Positions 50,862-60,756 of a stretch of DNA of 64,000 nucleotides are shown one piece after another. This DNA comes from a virus. Taxonomy: Duplodnaviria > Caudoviricetes. The stretch's first letter is position 1; each line of letters begins with the position of its first letter. Location: IMG/VR virus record IMGVR_UViG_3300020148_000032; one strand, given 5' to 3'. The notes under the pieces were generated by a model, which was not told the DNA's origin, did not search any database, and was given only the letters and a program-made list of their open reading frames with translations. A program made the translations under genes and the position numbers.

Positions 50862-51686
50862 ATGACTGTTAAGTATCATATTAGTGCTGATGGTAATGTT
50901 CGCCAGTGTCGCGCCAAAACTCCAGATTCGTGTAGAGCTACAAAAACAGGGTTCAATGATCATTTTGATGATAAAGATTCTGCACGAAAAGCTTATGAGG
51001 ACAAGCAACGTGAGCAAATGAATAAAATAATGTCTACATTTAATAAAATGGAAAAGAAAGAAACTGTTGCTTCTAACGCGAATGTTACAGCTGAGGTTCT
51101 TGCACATCAAGAAGTTTTGAAAAAAGCGGAATCCATTTTATCTAAAATTACCCCGCAAGATAAAGACGAACGCGGATATTATGAAAGCGATCTTTATTAT
51201 CCACTTTTCGTTAATTCGAAAAGGTGTATTGAGGGAACTCGAGAGATAAAAGATACTGTCAAATATGATCCAAAAGTGGTGTCAAGTTACACTAACTTTA
51301 TTGTTTCTTTAAACACATTTGAATTGATAAAATCTGGGTCTAAGATAGATTCAGACGTGAAAAAATCATTCCAAGACTTGTATAAGAAAGCTATTCTTGC
51401 TAGAGAGAAAATTGCGGGAGTTGAGGGTTTCCCTAAAGTAGACTTGGTTGAATTTGTAAAAAATGCTGCTTCTAATGACTCTAGAACTAAATTATTGAAC
51501 CTTAGAAATGAATCTATTTTAGCTCATGCAGCTTTTGATATTCACAGAGGAATTCCATTGGGGACCAGCATGAAACTAGACCCTGATTATTTGAACGAGT
51601 ACCCACGGGCACGCAAACTTTTAAGACAGAATGATAGACTCAATCAATTAAGGAAGAAATTAGGTCTGAAGGAAACAGGCTTTTAA
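50862..51686 (+). CDS. HCCH-module protein #8
   Basis: KYHISADGNVRQCRAKTPDSC...HF; shares FDIHRG.PLGT with #10. Confidence 0.8.
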   Translation: MTVKYHISADGNVRQCRAKTPDSCRATKTGFNDHFDDKDSARKAYEDKQREQMNKIMSTFNKMEKKETVASNANVTAEVLAHQEVLKKAESILSKITPQDKDERGYYESDLYYPLFVNSKRCIEGTREIKDTVKYDPKVVSSYTNFIVSLNTFELIKSGSKIDSDVKKSFQDLYKKAILAREKIAGVEGFPKVDLVEFVKNAASNDSRTKLLNLRNESILAHAAFDIHRGIPLGTSMKLDPDYLNEYPRARKLLRQNDRLNQLRKKLGLKETGF

Positions 51687-51827
51687 ACAGATTTGAGACA
51701 TTGTTATTCTAGAATTTGTAGTTCTATTCTTTACATACAAAAGACTGTTAGACTGCAAGAGACTGACAAAGAGAGCGTATTCTACACCTTTAATTAGGTA
51801 AATAATTCTTTCTAGAGAGTATTTTAT

Positions 51828-51874
51828 AAAAGAAAGCCGGCGTAAGTTACTTTACATTACGCCGGCTTTCTTTT
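51828..51874. terminator. terminator hairpin
   Basis: aaaagaaagccggcgtaa...ttacgccggctttctttt. Confidence 0.75.
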
Positions 51875-51886
51875 TAATTCTTGTGA

Positions 51887-53173
51887 TTAAAAATCAACAT
51901 ATGGCGACCCTTCACCAACATATTCTTTATTTTTGAGTCGATTAAGAAGATGTTTCTTTTGAGCTCTACTAAGTTTGAGTTTACGAGGTTTTGCCTCTAA
52001 AAGAGCATTAATTCCTCTTAAAGAAAGGTGAGGGCTTGTGACAAAAGAATCAATGACTTCTCTATCGTCAGAGTGTAATACTATTTGTCTTACATGAGCA
52101 TTGTGAAAGTTAGGGTTTTTTGATAATTGTATTAGTCTTTTCTTTGCGAAATTTTTGTAATTTTTATCTGTATGAGATAGGCTCATCTCAATAGCAAACC
52201 TTTCAACATAACTAGAACTTATATCCCTAGTTTTTTCGGCTAGCTCGTCAGCAGCTTTAGAATCATTAAGATAATATGATTCAAGTATTAAATCAGCTCG
52301 CGAAGAATTTTTTACTATTTTCTCTGTTAAAGAGTTATTTGAGTGACCATTACGTTTTAATCTTAATACCTCGTAAGAAAGATCATAATTATCGGCCAAT
52401 TCTTTATCAGTTACAATTTGAGTGAAAGCTTCTATATCTTTTTCAGAACCGTCTTTCAAGATATAATAACCAGCTTCACTCACTCCGTTTTCTTTCATTT
52501 TTGTAAGAACTTCTTTTCTTTTCTCATCATTAAGAGTTTTAAGATATGCTTTTAGCTTGTACGGACGAGTATAGTCATCTTCAGTAAACTCTTTACCGTT
52601 AGAGTACTCATCGGCGAGTTCTTGTATAGACTTGTTTTCAAATTCTTCATCAATTTCTCTATTATATTGATCAAGATAATCTTTCATTGTTGCAGTAAAG
52701 AGAACTCTTCTCCCTTGTGCTGGTGAGAGATTCTTGTTTCCTATGAGTCTTAAAGGGTTCACTATTTCTGGATTGTTAAGGTAATCGTCAAAAGTTTTTT
52801 CGTCTTCTGCATAAAATATTTCTGCATTGAGCTCTCCTGTAGCTTCAGAAATTCTGTATCGAACCTCAGAATAAAGATCTTCATTATCTAGTACTCCTTT
52901 TTTGTGAAGTGCTGATTCTATTTCTTTGAGTATTATTATTTTTTGGACATAGGTGAGAGAATTCCACGAAGTTTTAATCCATGGCTTGAGAGCGTTATGA
53001 GTTTGTAAAATTTTTCCTTCGTACTCATCATTCAATCTTTGCATGTATTGAACATTAGCCTCTTGAGCATTATTTGCATCAAAATGTAACTCTTCTCCCC
53101 CAAGCGGACAATTCACTTTAGTGGCTTTACAAAGGGTGATTTCGCCTTTTTTATTAACGTGGTATTTAGACAT
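51887..53173 (-). CDS. HCCH-module protein #9
   Basis: KYHVNKKGEITLCKATKVNCPLGG...HF; helical C-terminal region. Confidence 0.8.
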   Translation of the reverse strand: MSKYHVNKKGEITLCKATKVNCPLGGEELHFDANNAQEANVQYMQRLNDEYEGKILQTHNALKPWIKTSWNSLTYVQKIIILKEIESALHKKGVLDNEDLYSEVRYRISEATGELNAEIFYAEDEKTFDDYLNNPEIVNPLRLIGNKNLSPAQGRRVLFTATMKDYLDQYNREIDEEFENKSIQELADEYSNGKEFTEDDYTRPYKLKAYLKTLNDEKRKEVLTKMKENGVSEAGYYILKDGSEKDIEAFTQIVTDKELADNYDLSYEVLRLKRNGHSNNSLTEKIVKNSSRADLILESYYLNDSKAADELAEKTRDISSSYVERFAIEMSLSHTDKNYKNFAKKRLIQLSKNPNFHNAHVRQIVLHSDDREVIDSFVTSPHLSLRGINALLEAKPRKLKLSRAQKKHLLNRLKNKEYVGEGSPYVDF

Positions 53174-53318
53174 AAAGTTCTCCTTAAAGATATTGTCTTT
53201 TCTATATAAAAAAAACTTTAATGAACTTAAATTATTTTTTTAAAATACCCCTTATTCTTATTCCTTCTAATAAGTATTTAGAAAAGGATTCATCAAATGA
53301 ATTATAAGGAGTGAATTT

Positions 53319-54221
53319 ATGAGTAACAAATTTCATATAAGCCCTGATGGTAATGTGCGCCAATGCCGAGCACAAACACCTGAGTCATGTAGAGCTACTG
53401 TTAGTAGATTCAAAGAACATTTTGACACTAAAGAAGAGGCAAGAGAGGGCTATGAAGCGAAAATGAAGAAGCTTTACCCGCAGGCAGGGATAGTTAAGAG
53501 AGCAACCGCCCCTAATCCCACTGCACCGAAAAAGTACAAGTTTAAATTTAATGATGAAGACCTTAAAGAAATAGCAGAACTTGAAGGTGAAATTAAAAAC
53601 ATAAAGGATATTATTCAGGAAGAAAAAGAAATCATGTATGGTTTCCAAAAAAGCGAGTTCTCCATTATTAAAGTAACTTCTCCAAAAGCTTTAGTGAGAA
53701 GAACTAAACATATAAAACCTAGTGTTAAGCACCCTGAAGATGTAAAAAAAGCTTATATAAACCTTGCAACCGCATTAAAAGATATTAAAGATTTACCTAA
53801 AAGAGATGTAACTCCTGACGAAATAAGGAACACTTTTAAAAGATTGAAGGAAAGTTCAGAAATCGCTCAGAATTCTTTGAAAACAGATTTACTTTCCGAA
53901 TTTAACTTTAGAAAGCTTCCTGAAATCCTTACTAATACACATAATTCTCGCACTTACTTTAGCCAAGATTATAAAATAACAAAAATGTTAGATCGAATTG
54001 GATTTGATATCCATCGGGGTTTCCCATTGGGGACTACACATAGAAACGTTGAAGATTTCGTAGAAGAATATCTAGAAAAAGAAAGAATTAAACGGAAAGC
54101 TCGTGAGGCTCGAAAGCAAACGATTACAGACATTCTTAAAGAAGAAGCCGAGAGTGTAGCAAAGGAAGAGAAAAAGAATAGAAGAGACAATATTTTGTCA
54201 AGAATCTTTAATAGATCTTAA
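53319..54221 (+). CDS. HCCH-module protein #10
   Basis: KFHISPDGNVRQCRAQTPESC...HFDTKEEAREGYE. Confidence 0.8.
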   Translation: MSNKFHISPDGNVRQCRAQTPESCRATVSRFKEHFDTKEEAREGYEAKMKKLYPQAGIVKRATAPNPTAPKKYKFKFNDEDLKEIAELEGEIKNIKDIIQEEKEIMYGFQKSEFSIIKVTSPKALVRRTKHIKPSVKHPEDVKKAYINLATALKDIKDLPKRDVTPDEIRNTFKRLKESSEIAQNSLKTDLLSEFNFRKLPEILTNTHNSRTYFSQDYKITKMLDRIGFDIHRGFPLGTTHRNVEDFVEEYLEKERIKRKAREARKQTITDILKEEAESVAKEEKKNRRDNILSRIFNRS

Positions 54222-55051
54222 TATCTTTCATAATCATGTTCGATGAAATCTGGGATGAAATGTGGTTTCTCTGCCCAAGATTTAAGAAAACTTGGTAAAA
54301 GAAGACGCTTGTCTCTTTCTTCAGATAGCAAAAGTGTTTTTACGAGATACCTTGCATGTAAAGATTTAAAATAGTGATCTTTATTGAAATATTCTTCATC
54401 AATGATAACTCTAAAAGAATCAGGGACCTCAATCGCGTAATCTTCTTTCATGAATCTTTTAATGAGTTCCCAATACTCTTCGCTAGAAAGACCTAATTCA
54501 AATTCTCTTCCATTTAATTCTTTGAATGAGTGAGAGTTTACAACATCATCTGGAAGGGATACTCTCTTGTCAATTTCTGAAAGTTGAAAAATAATACTAT
54601 TAATCTCTAACTCTTGACAGAAGTTATATGCTTCGCGTAAGGGTCCTGTTTTCCCTTTTACTAGAGAGGAGATAACGTCTGTATTGAGAACGTGAAATAT
54701 CTCATGAAGAAGAACTCCCGCTCTTTCGGAATCTTTTAATTCTGAAAAATAATCAAAGTCAATGGAAATTTCTAATTCCTTATTCGCTTGAGCACGAATT
54801 ATACGGTACTTATCTCTTTCCTTTTTATTTACTTTCTCGAAAGCAAAGTATTTTAGTTCTGGGATAATGCAAGACATTTCTGGTATAATTTCTTGAATAG
54901 TATAAAGAGTGTCATAAATAATAGAAAGTTCGCTTTTAGTTAATTCTCTTCTTTCTCTTTTAGAGAGATTTCTTTCATTTGCTTTCTGAGTATGGTACTC
55001 ATCAACAAGTGTATACATGTCTGAATTATCTTTCTCAGTCATTGATAACAC
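54218..55051 (-). CDS. HExxH metallopeptidase-like protein
   Basis: VLLHEIFHVL...N...ELEIN, resembles DUF2201-type peptidase domains. Confidence 0.6.
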   Translation of the reverse strand: MLSMTEKDNSDMYTLVDEYHTQKANERNLSKRERRELTKSELSIIYDTLYTIQEIIPEMSCIIPELKYFAFEKVNKKERDKYRIIRAQANKELEISIDFDYFSELKDSERAGVLLHEIFHVLNTDVISSLVKGKTGPLREAYNFCQELEINSIIFQLSEIDKRVSLPDDVVNSHSFKELNGREFELGLSSEEYWELIKRFMKEDYAIEVPDSFRVIIDEEYFNKDHYFKSLHARYLVKTLLLSEERDKRLLLPSFLKSWAEKPHFIPDFIEHDYERY

Positions 55052-56162
55052 TCTTTAACCATTCTTTATCTTCTTCATTATCTGTAATATTGCTAATAAA
55101 AGCGTCTGGAAATAAAGAACCTAAAGAGTTAGCACGATAAACGGAACGAGTGTCACGCCCATTAATGCTTGTTCCATTAGTAAAATTCCAAATCTTACCT
55201 ATTTCAATCTGAGAAACAATATAAGAGTTCTTTGTTTCTCTTGCTTTGATTTTAACGTACCATGTCGTAAAATATTTTGGATTCCTCTCTTGAATAGAAT
55301 GTTTCAAGTCATTTACGCTTGCAAGGGTTGTTGGTGCTCCCTCATATGCAATTGTTGTTTTTACTTCAAAGTCGATTTGATAATGATTATTAAAAACGAT
55401 TTTTAAATCTGGAAACGTATTCATTCCGTTAGGTTCTTTGATAAGTTTTTTAATTTCTTTTTTCTTAAGGTTCGCAATAATTGTTGCAATAACGTTTTCC
55501 ATATAAGAAGAAAATTGAATGTTTTCTTTTAACTCGAAACCAAAATTAGGGTCAATAACAGTTCTTTCTTTCATAATTTCTTTATCAAGGAGAATCTCAT
55601 TAAGAGTATTCTCTAAATTTTTAACAAAAGGCGGCTTTTTACTAGAGAAAGAATACTTAATATTAGTGAAGAAAGTATTTGCTGGGTAAAGAAGACTCAT
55701 TTCTTTGTCATTCTCTTTCTTTCGGATAAGTTTTAGTTCTTTCGCACAAATTCCTGTCACTTGCTTGAATTTTTTATATGTTACTTTACCTGGGACTAAT
55801 AACTCTTTTGCAAAGGCAAATGCGTAAGTATTATTAATAACATCTTTAATCTCATAATATGAGTCTTGAATAAGACCATTATCTAATTCTTTCATTTTAA
55901 GAACCCAGAGCATAGCGTAAGCATAGAACTTGAAAGAATGTTGTGGAAGTCTAGAAGAAATCTGAACAACAGACTTCTCTTTATTAATACTAGTCAACGT
56001 ATCTTTATAACGGGGATTTGTAGTTTCAAGAGAGTAACCAAAAGCTTTGTATAACTCTTTAACGTCTGGTTCTGCACCGAATCGTTTTACTAGTTCATTT
56101 GCAACCCTCAAGGGCTCATTATAAAGAGTCTTTACTTCTTTTGGCTTATGAATAATGAGCAT
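55035..56162 (-). CDS. degenerate ImmA/IrrE-like domain fused to a PD-(D/E)XK nuclease
   Basis: N-half A..FAKELL.P without HExxH; C-half FPDLKI...DFEVKTT. Confidence 0.55.
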   Translation of the reverse strand: MLIIHKPKEVKTLYNEPLRVANELVKRFGAEPDVKELYKAFGYSLETTNPRYKDTLTSINKEKSVVQISSRLPQHSFKFYAYAMLWVLKMKELDNGLIQDSYYEIKDVINNTYAFAFAKELLVPGKVTYKKFKQVTGICAKELKLIRKKENDKEMSLLYPANTFFTNIKYSFSSKKPPFVKNLENTLNEILLDKEIMKERTVIDPNFGFELKENIQFSSYMENVIATIIANLKKKEIKKLIKEPNGMNTFPDLKIVFNNHYQIDFEVKTTIAYEGAPTTLASVNDLKHSIQERNPKYFTTWYVKIKARETKNSYIVSQIEIGKIWNFTNGTSINGRDTRSVYRANSLGSLFPDAFISNITDNEEDKEWLKSVIND

Positions 56163-56225
56163 GTATAAATCCTTTTCATAAAGTGTAGTTAATAGTTAGT
56201 ATCGTCCTTTTTAGGATATAGAACA

Positions 56226-56966
56226 TTATTCGAATTCTTTAGCAAATTTCTTTGAAAGCTTGTGTGTTACTTTGGAAAGAAGCGCAGTTTCTTTATAGTT
56301 AGTTGTCTGGCTCCCAGCACATATCTCAGGAGTAAAAGATTTGCGTAGAATATTGAACATATAAACAGAGATTAAGGCTTCAACTGCTGTGAGGATTTCA
56401 CTAGAGGAAAGCCCGCGAGTGATGCTGCGTCGCCGAGCGAAAAAGAAATCATATCCGCTTACCCTTTCATAAGGTTCATGCTGAGCAATGTGTCCGTCAA
56501 TAACATGGAATTTGGGTGAAGAGTAAGCGTCACTAGCAAGATCATTGAAATAATCAAAGCAACTACGGTGATTAGTAAAATCATACTCATAAGTCTCATC
56601 TTTAAAATACGTGAGCATTTCATCGTATACTGACTCGTGAATAAGAATGAGCTTCACTGTGGTAGTAGCTTCTGAAGAGAAGAATCGCGAGTTATTATCT
56701 TTCTCACTTTCGCCAGAACCCACTTTGAGGAATTCCGAAACATCATCAATTGTGGCAGGCAAAAACTCCGAAAGATTATCCAACTCTCCAGTATCTGGAT
56801 CAATTCCACCATAAGTGTTATATGTACCACGAATAGGACCCCCGAATGGCTTCCATTCCCACGGATTATAAAACTGAGAGTTGCTAGTCACTAGCCATGC
56901 GACAACTCTATCTTTGTATCCAATAGAAAGATTGGAAAGAGAACACGTTGCATCCCAAGAACCCAT
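56226..56966 (-). CDS. hypothetical phage-type protein
   Basis: MGSWDATCSLSNLSI...G.YNTYG; AGGAG RBS. Confidence 0.7.
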   Translation of the reverse strand: MGSWDATCSLSNLSIGYKDRVVAWLVTSNSQFYNPWEWKPFGGPIRGTYNTYGGIDPDTGELDNLSEFLPATIDDVSEFLKVGSGESEKDNNSRFFSSEATTTVKLILIHESVYDEMLTYFKDETYEYDFTNHRSCFDYFNDLASDAYSSPKFHVIDGHIAQHEPYERVSGYDFFFARRRSITRGLSSSEILTAVEALISVYMFNILRKSFTPEICAGSQTTNYKETALLSKVTHKLSKKFAKEFE

Positions 56967-57166
56967 TTTAACTCCTAAAATATTCGTATTTATATTTTAT
57001 ATGAAAGTTGAAAATAAGTCAAATGGTTCTCTCTTAGATAAGAATAAAGAAAATTTTAATTACTTAAATAATATTAAATTTTAATTGATAGTTTTTCTTT
57101 TATTTATATAACATAAAAACACAATCTCTATATTTAAACATTTAGAAAATATAAAGAGGAGGTATT

Positions 57167-57547
57167 ATGCCAAGATATCATGTGAATTTAGAAACTGGAG
57201 AGCCAGGGATTTGTAAAGCAGAAATAAAATGCCCTTTCGGAGAGGAAAAACTTCATTTTGATTCTTCTGCTGATGCACGAAAAAGTTACGAGTTAAGCCA
57301 AAAGGGGATTCCTGGTTTCTTACACAAAGAAATTATTAGTGGGAAAACTAATAGAGAGATACTTGCTGCGAGGTACCCTGGAGATATGGTTGATTACATT
57401 TTTAAGGGAGATGAAGATATTACTCTTGAGAATGCTTTTGAAGCAGCACATTGGCTTGAAACCGATTATGCTAACCAGTTGAGTTATCAAGAGGATATGG
57501 AAAGACTTTATCAAGAAGAATACGATAAACTTAACCCTAATTACTAA
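57167..57547 (+). CDS. HCCH-module protein #11
   Basis: RYHVNLETGEPGICKAEIKCPFG...HF...ARKSYE. Confidence 0.8.
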   Translation: MPRYHVNLETGEPGICKAEIKCPFGEEKLHFDSSADARKSYELSQKGIPGFLHKEIISGKTNREILAARYPGDMVDYIFKGDEDITLENAFEAAHWLETDYANQLSYQEDMERLYQEEYDKLNPNY

Positions 57548-57590
57548 ATCTTTTTAGAAAAGATTGTGTTATTTTTATTAGTGGAGAAGA

Positions 57591-58418
57591 ATGACTACTT
57601 ATCACATTAATCCTAAAGGTGAGCTCACTTCTTGTAAAGCTGAATACAGGTGCCCTTTTGAAGGAGTATCTTTACACTTAGAGGCGGAATCTTTAGCTGA
57701 CGCTTATTCGCAATATGAGGAGAAGCTTCGTTCTTTTTATGAGAAAGAGATAAATAACACTACGGCAGAAGACTCTGAAAGAATTAGTGAAGAATTTTAT
57801 GAAAACGGCGAAGTGACCGTTGATGGATATCTCTTTAAAAAAGTATATAATGAAAGAAGTTATTCTTACCAGGCAGTATATTCGGTACCTAATAGCATTT
57901 ATGATGAAGAAATAGTCGTTAATGCTAATGACATAAACAATTACGAATCTGCTTATATTAAGTCTCCTTATAAAGAATTACAACGAATGTCTCTAGAAAA
58001 TCTTAATGGTGAAGAATCAATGGGCTTGAGTATCTTAAAAACTGTAAAAGAGCTAAAAGAGAATAGTGGAAAGTATTTCCCCCAACAAGATGAACTTTTA
58101 GAAGAATACAAGAAAATAGAATCGCAAACGGAAGCATATATTCCTGAATATGATCTAAAGTTAGAAAGAACTGGTTATTCTAGTCCAGAAACTTATGAAG
58201 CCGAAGATGATGAAAACATTGCATATTTACGAGTTCGTTGGGGTGTTGCTAGTCTTAAAATAATACGAAAAGATCAATCCTCTGACGATCAAAAGAACGA
58301 AGTTCAATATGATAAAGTCATTGGAGATTCTCTTCAAGGGAGTTTTGATGATACAACACAAAGAAATATTTTCTTGACTGAAGCTTCTTTATATTTTAAA
58401 AATGTGCGTAAGACTTAA
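57591..58418 (+). CDS. HCCH-module protein #12
   Basis: YHINPKGELTSCKAEYRCPF....H. Confidence 0.8.
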   Translation: MTTYHINPKGELTSCKAEYRCPFEGVSLHLEAESLADAYSQYEEKLRSFYEKEINNTTAEDSERISEEFYENGEVTVDGYLFKKVYNERSYSYQAVYSVPNSIYDEEIVVNANDINNYESAYIKSPYKELQRMSLENLNGEESMGLSILKTVKELKENSGKYFPQQDELLEEYKKIESQTEAYIPEYDLKLERTGYSSPETYEAEDDENIAYLRVRWGVASLKIIRKDQSSDDQKNEVQYDKVIGDSLQGSFDDTTQRNIFLTEASLYFKNVRKT

Positions 58419-58453
58419 TTAGAAAAGTTTATAACTATTTGTTGGAGAATATT

Positions 58454-59275
58454 GTGTCAAAATTTCATATTAATAGTAAAGGTGAACCTGGAATTTGCAA
58501 AGCAACAAGCGGTAGTTGTCCATTCGGTTCTGTCGAAGAACACTATTCTTCTAAGGAAGAAGCAACTCTTGCATATGAGAAAGCTCAAGAAGCAAACCTT
58601 GTCTCTACTTTGAAAAGAATTGCTGATTCAGATGATCCGGGGCCGCGTCGCATGGCGGCCAAGAACCATCGCACCCCAACAGAAGTACTGACACAGCTGG
58701 CATCGGACAGGGACATGTACGTGCGCCGGGCGGTGGCCGGGAACCCGAGTGCTCCAGCAGAGGTGCGGGTACAGTTGGAGTCGGATAAGGAGGCGACCGT
58801 GCGCACTGGCGTGGCCTACAACCCCAATACCCCCGCGGAGACGCTGGAAGCGCTGGCGTCGGACAGGTCCGCGGACGTGCGCCACTGGGTGGCCCGGAAC
58901 CCGATCACCCCAGTGGAGGTGTTGGTGGTGTTGTCGTCGGACGAGGACAGTGGCGTGCGCTGGTACGTGGCCCAGCACCCGAACGCCCCAGCGGAATCAA
59001 TGCCACTGCTGGCATCGGATGAGAACAGATGGGTGCGGCGGGCGGTGGCCGAGAACCCGAGGGCTCCCATCTCCGTTGTTGCGGAGCTCATGGGTGATAG
59101 CAGCCCTCTTATCGCATCTACTGCCCGCAATCGGTTCACCTTGTGGGCGCAGAAATCACTTGATCTTGGTTCTGTTCCCACTGGGCAACTCATTGACAGG
59201 TTGGTGGCGCTGAAGGCGTGGGAGTTGGACCCCAAGGACCCGGCTGTCACTGCTGCTGTTGTGTTGTGCAACTGA
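58454..59275 (+). CDS. HCCH-module protein #13 fused to GC-rich LRV/HEAT-like repeats
   Basis: GTG 58454 after GGAG RBS; about seven 24-aa repeats L.SD....VR..VA.NP..P. Confidence 0.85.
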   Translation: MSKFHINSKGEPGICKATSGSCPFGSVEEHYSSKEEATLAYEKAQEANLVSTLKRIADSDDPGPRRMAAKNHRTPTEVLTQLASDRDMYVRRAVAGNPSAPAEVRVQLESDKEATVRTGVAYNPNTPAETLEALASDRSADVRHWVARNPITPVEVLVVLSSDEDSGVRWYVAQHPNAPAESMPLLASDENRWVRRAVAENPRAPISVVAELMGDSSPLIASTARNRFTLWAQKSLDLGSVPTGQLIDRLVALKAWELDPKDPAVTAAVVLCN

Positions 59276-59507
59276 GCACCGAATACTGTGTGCCGGCATG
59301 GCCAGATGCACCGCCCCTAAGTTCGCCATCACTATTTACTTCGTTTGCTAATTGTATTATCTTTACTCAAGAATATCTTTCAAACCCAGAAAGTATTTAC
59401 CAATTTTAAAATGAGAAGGATTAACAAGCTCTTCTAATAGGGATATTATTTCATACCTTTCGTAAGAATGATTTAGAAAAGTTTGTAACTATTTATTGGA
59501 GAATATT

Positions 59508-60200
59508 ATGTCAAAATTTCATATTAACACTAAAGATGGAACTGTAGGTCTTTGTAAAGCAACTAAAGGTCAATGCCCTTTTGGTGGAGAAAGTGAACAT
59601 TATCCTTCAATTGTAGAGGCGGCTAAAGGTTACGAATTAATGATGAATTCTGAAACTATTAATACTGTTTCTAAGAATGAAATGAAAATACCTTTTGTTT
59701 CTGTTGAAAATTACGAAGTATCTAAAGAAACGCTTAGAGGTCGAGATTTTGATGATTTTATTCATTATGACTCTCAAAGAGCTTCTGATTATCTTAACTT
59801 AAGAAATAGCGCTGGTCCAGTGGTTACTCATAAAGAGGCGAGAGATATAGCGTATACAATAAAATTGATAAGAGAAAACCCTGCTTTAAGAAGAAAATTC
59901 TCTGAAGAAACCCTAGGAAATGAAGATGATTTTTATGATATTTCAGTTCAATTCATAAAAGACAACTATAAAGACACTTTATATCATACTCTTTATAGTT
60001 CTAAAGAATTAGAAGAAAATATTTGGGAGAATCTTAATAATGCAATAAATGCTAAAAGGCCTTTTGGCTTCCCAGAGGATGAAATGACTCGTTATCAACA
60101 AAATGCTAATGAAAAAGGTTATGTTGAAGCACTAAAGACACTTACAGGTCTAGATGAAACTGAAGTTCGAAGAATTGCTTTAAATAAAGAATACCTTTAA
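59508..60200 (+). CDS. HCCH-module protein #14
   Basis: leader nearly identical to #13; KFHINTKDGTVGLCKATKGQCPFGG...HY. Confidence 0.8.
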   Translation: MSKFHINTKDGTVGLCKATKGQCPFGGESEHYPSIVEAAKGYELMMNSETINTVSKNEMKIPFVSVENYEVSKETLRGRDFDDFIHYDSQRASDYLNLRNSAGPVVTHKEARDIAYTIKLIRENPALRRKFSEETLGNEDDFYDISVQFIKDNYKDTLYHTLYSSKELEENIWENLNNAINAKRPFGFPEDEMTRYQQNANEKGYVEALKTLTGLDETEVRRIALNKEYL

Positions 60201-60724
60201 GAAATAATATCTAATTCTTTAAGTCTCTCTTCAATAATATTAGTTGGAACTTCATACACTTTTGCGAGCATTTCTACTGCTTGAAAATAAGAGAATACAT
60301 TGAACAAATCAGAGTAGTCCTCTTCTATCATTGAAGACGGAAGAAGAATTTCATGTGCAAAAACGAATGCATCTGTCCCTTTTAATGATTCATAACTATC
60401 TATAGGGATAAGAATACTTTCGGAATCTTTATAAAAGTTTCTTTCATAGAGAGAATACCACAACATTGCATAAGAATAAATTTTGAATAAATAAAGCGGG
60501 TTCTTGTTAGAGACACCTATATAATCTCCCGAAGGGTGTCTACCTCTAAAATTAATATAAGCATCTAGATTTTTATTTGGGAAGAGTTTACTTTGTGTTT
60601 GAAAAACTCTCAATGTCAAACCAAGATCATTAAAAAGTATGATTGGATCAACACTCTCTGAAAAGCTTTCAATAACTGCTAAAGCTTCCTTTACTGGATC
60701 TGAAGATGTGAATTTAGAAAGCAA
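60197..60724 (-). CDS. degenerate ImmA/IrrE-like protein
   Basis: VDP....LGL, A..FAHEILLP, LA..YEVP...IEERLKEL; HExxH replaced by YAMLW. Confidence 0.55.
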   Translation of the reverse strand: MLSKFTSSDPVKEALAVIESFSESVDPIILFNDLGLTLRVFQTQSKLFPNKNLDAYINFRGRHPSGDYIGVSNKNPLYLFKIYSYAMLWYSLYERNFYKDSESILIPIDSYESLKGTDAFVFAHEILLPSSMIEEDYSDLFNVFSYFQAVEMLAKVYEVPTNIIEERLKELDIIS

Positions 60725-60756
60725 GATATTTTCCTTAGAAAGTTATTATCATTATT

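Noticed and set aside
58585-59409. Alternative ORFs over the LRV-repeat region
   Set aside because: High-GC shadow frames; only the + frame gives coherent 24-aa repeats.
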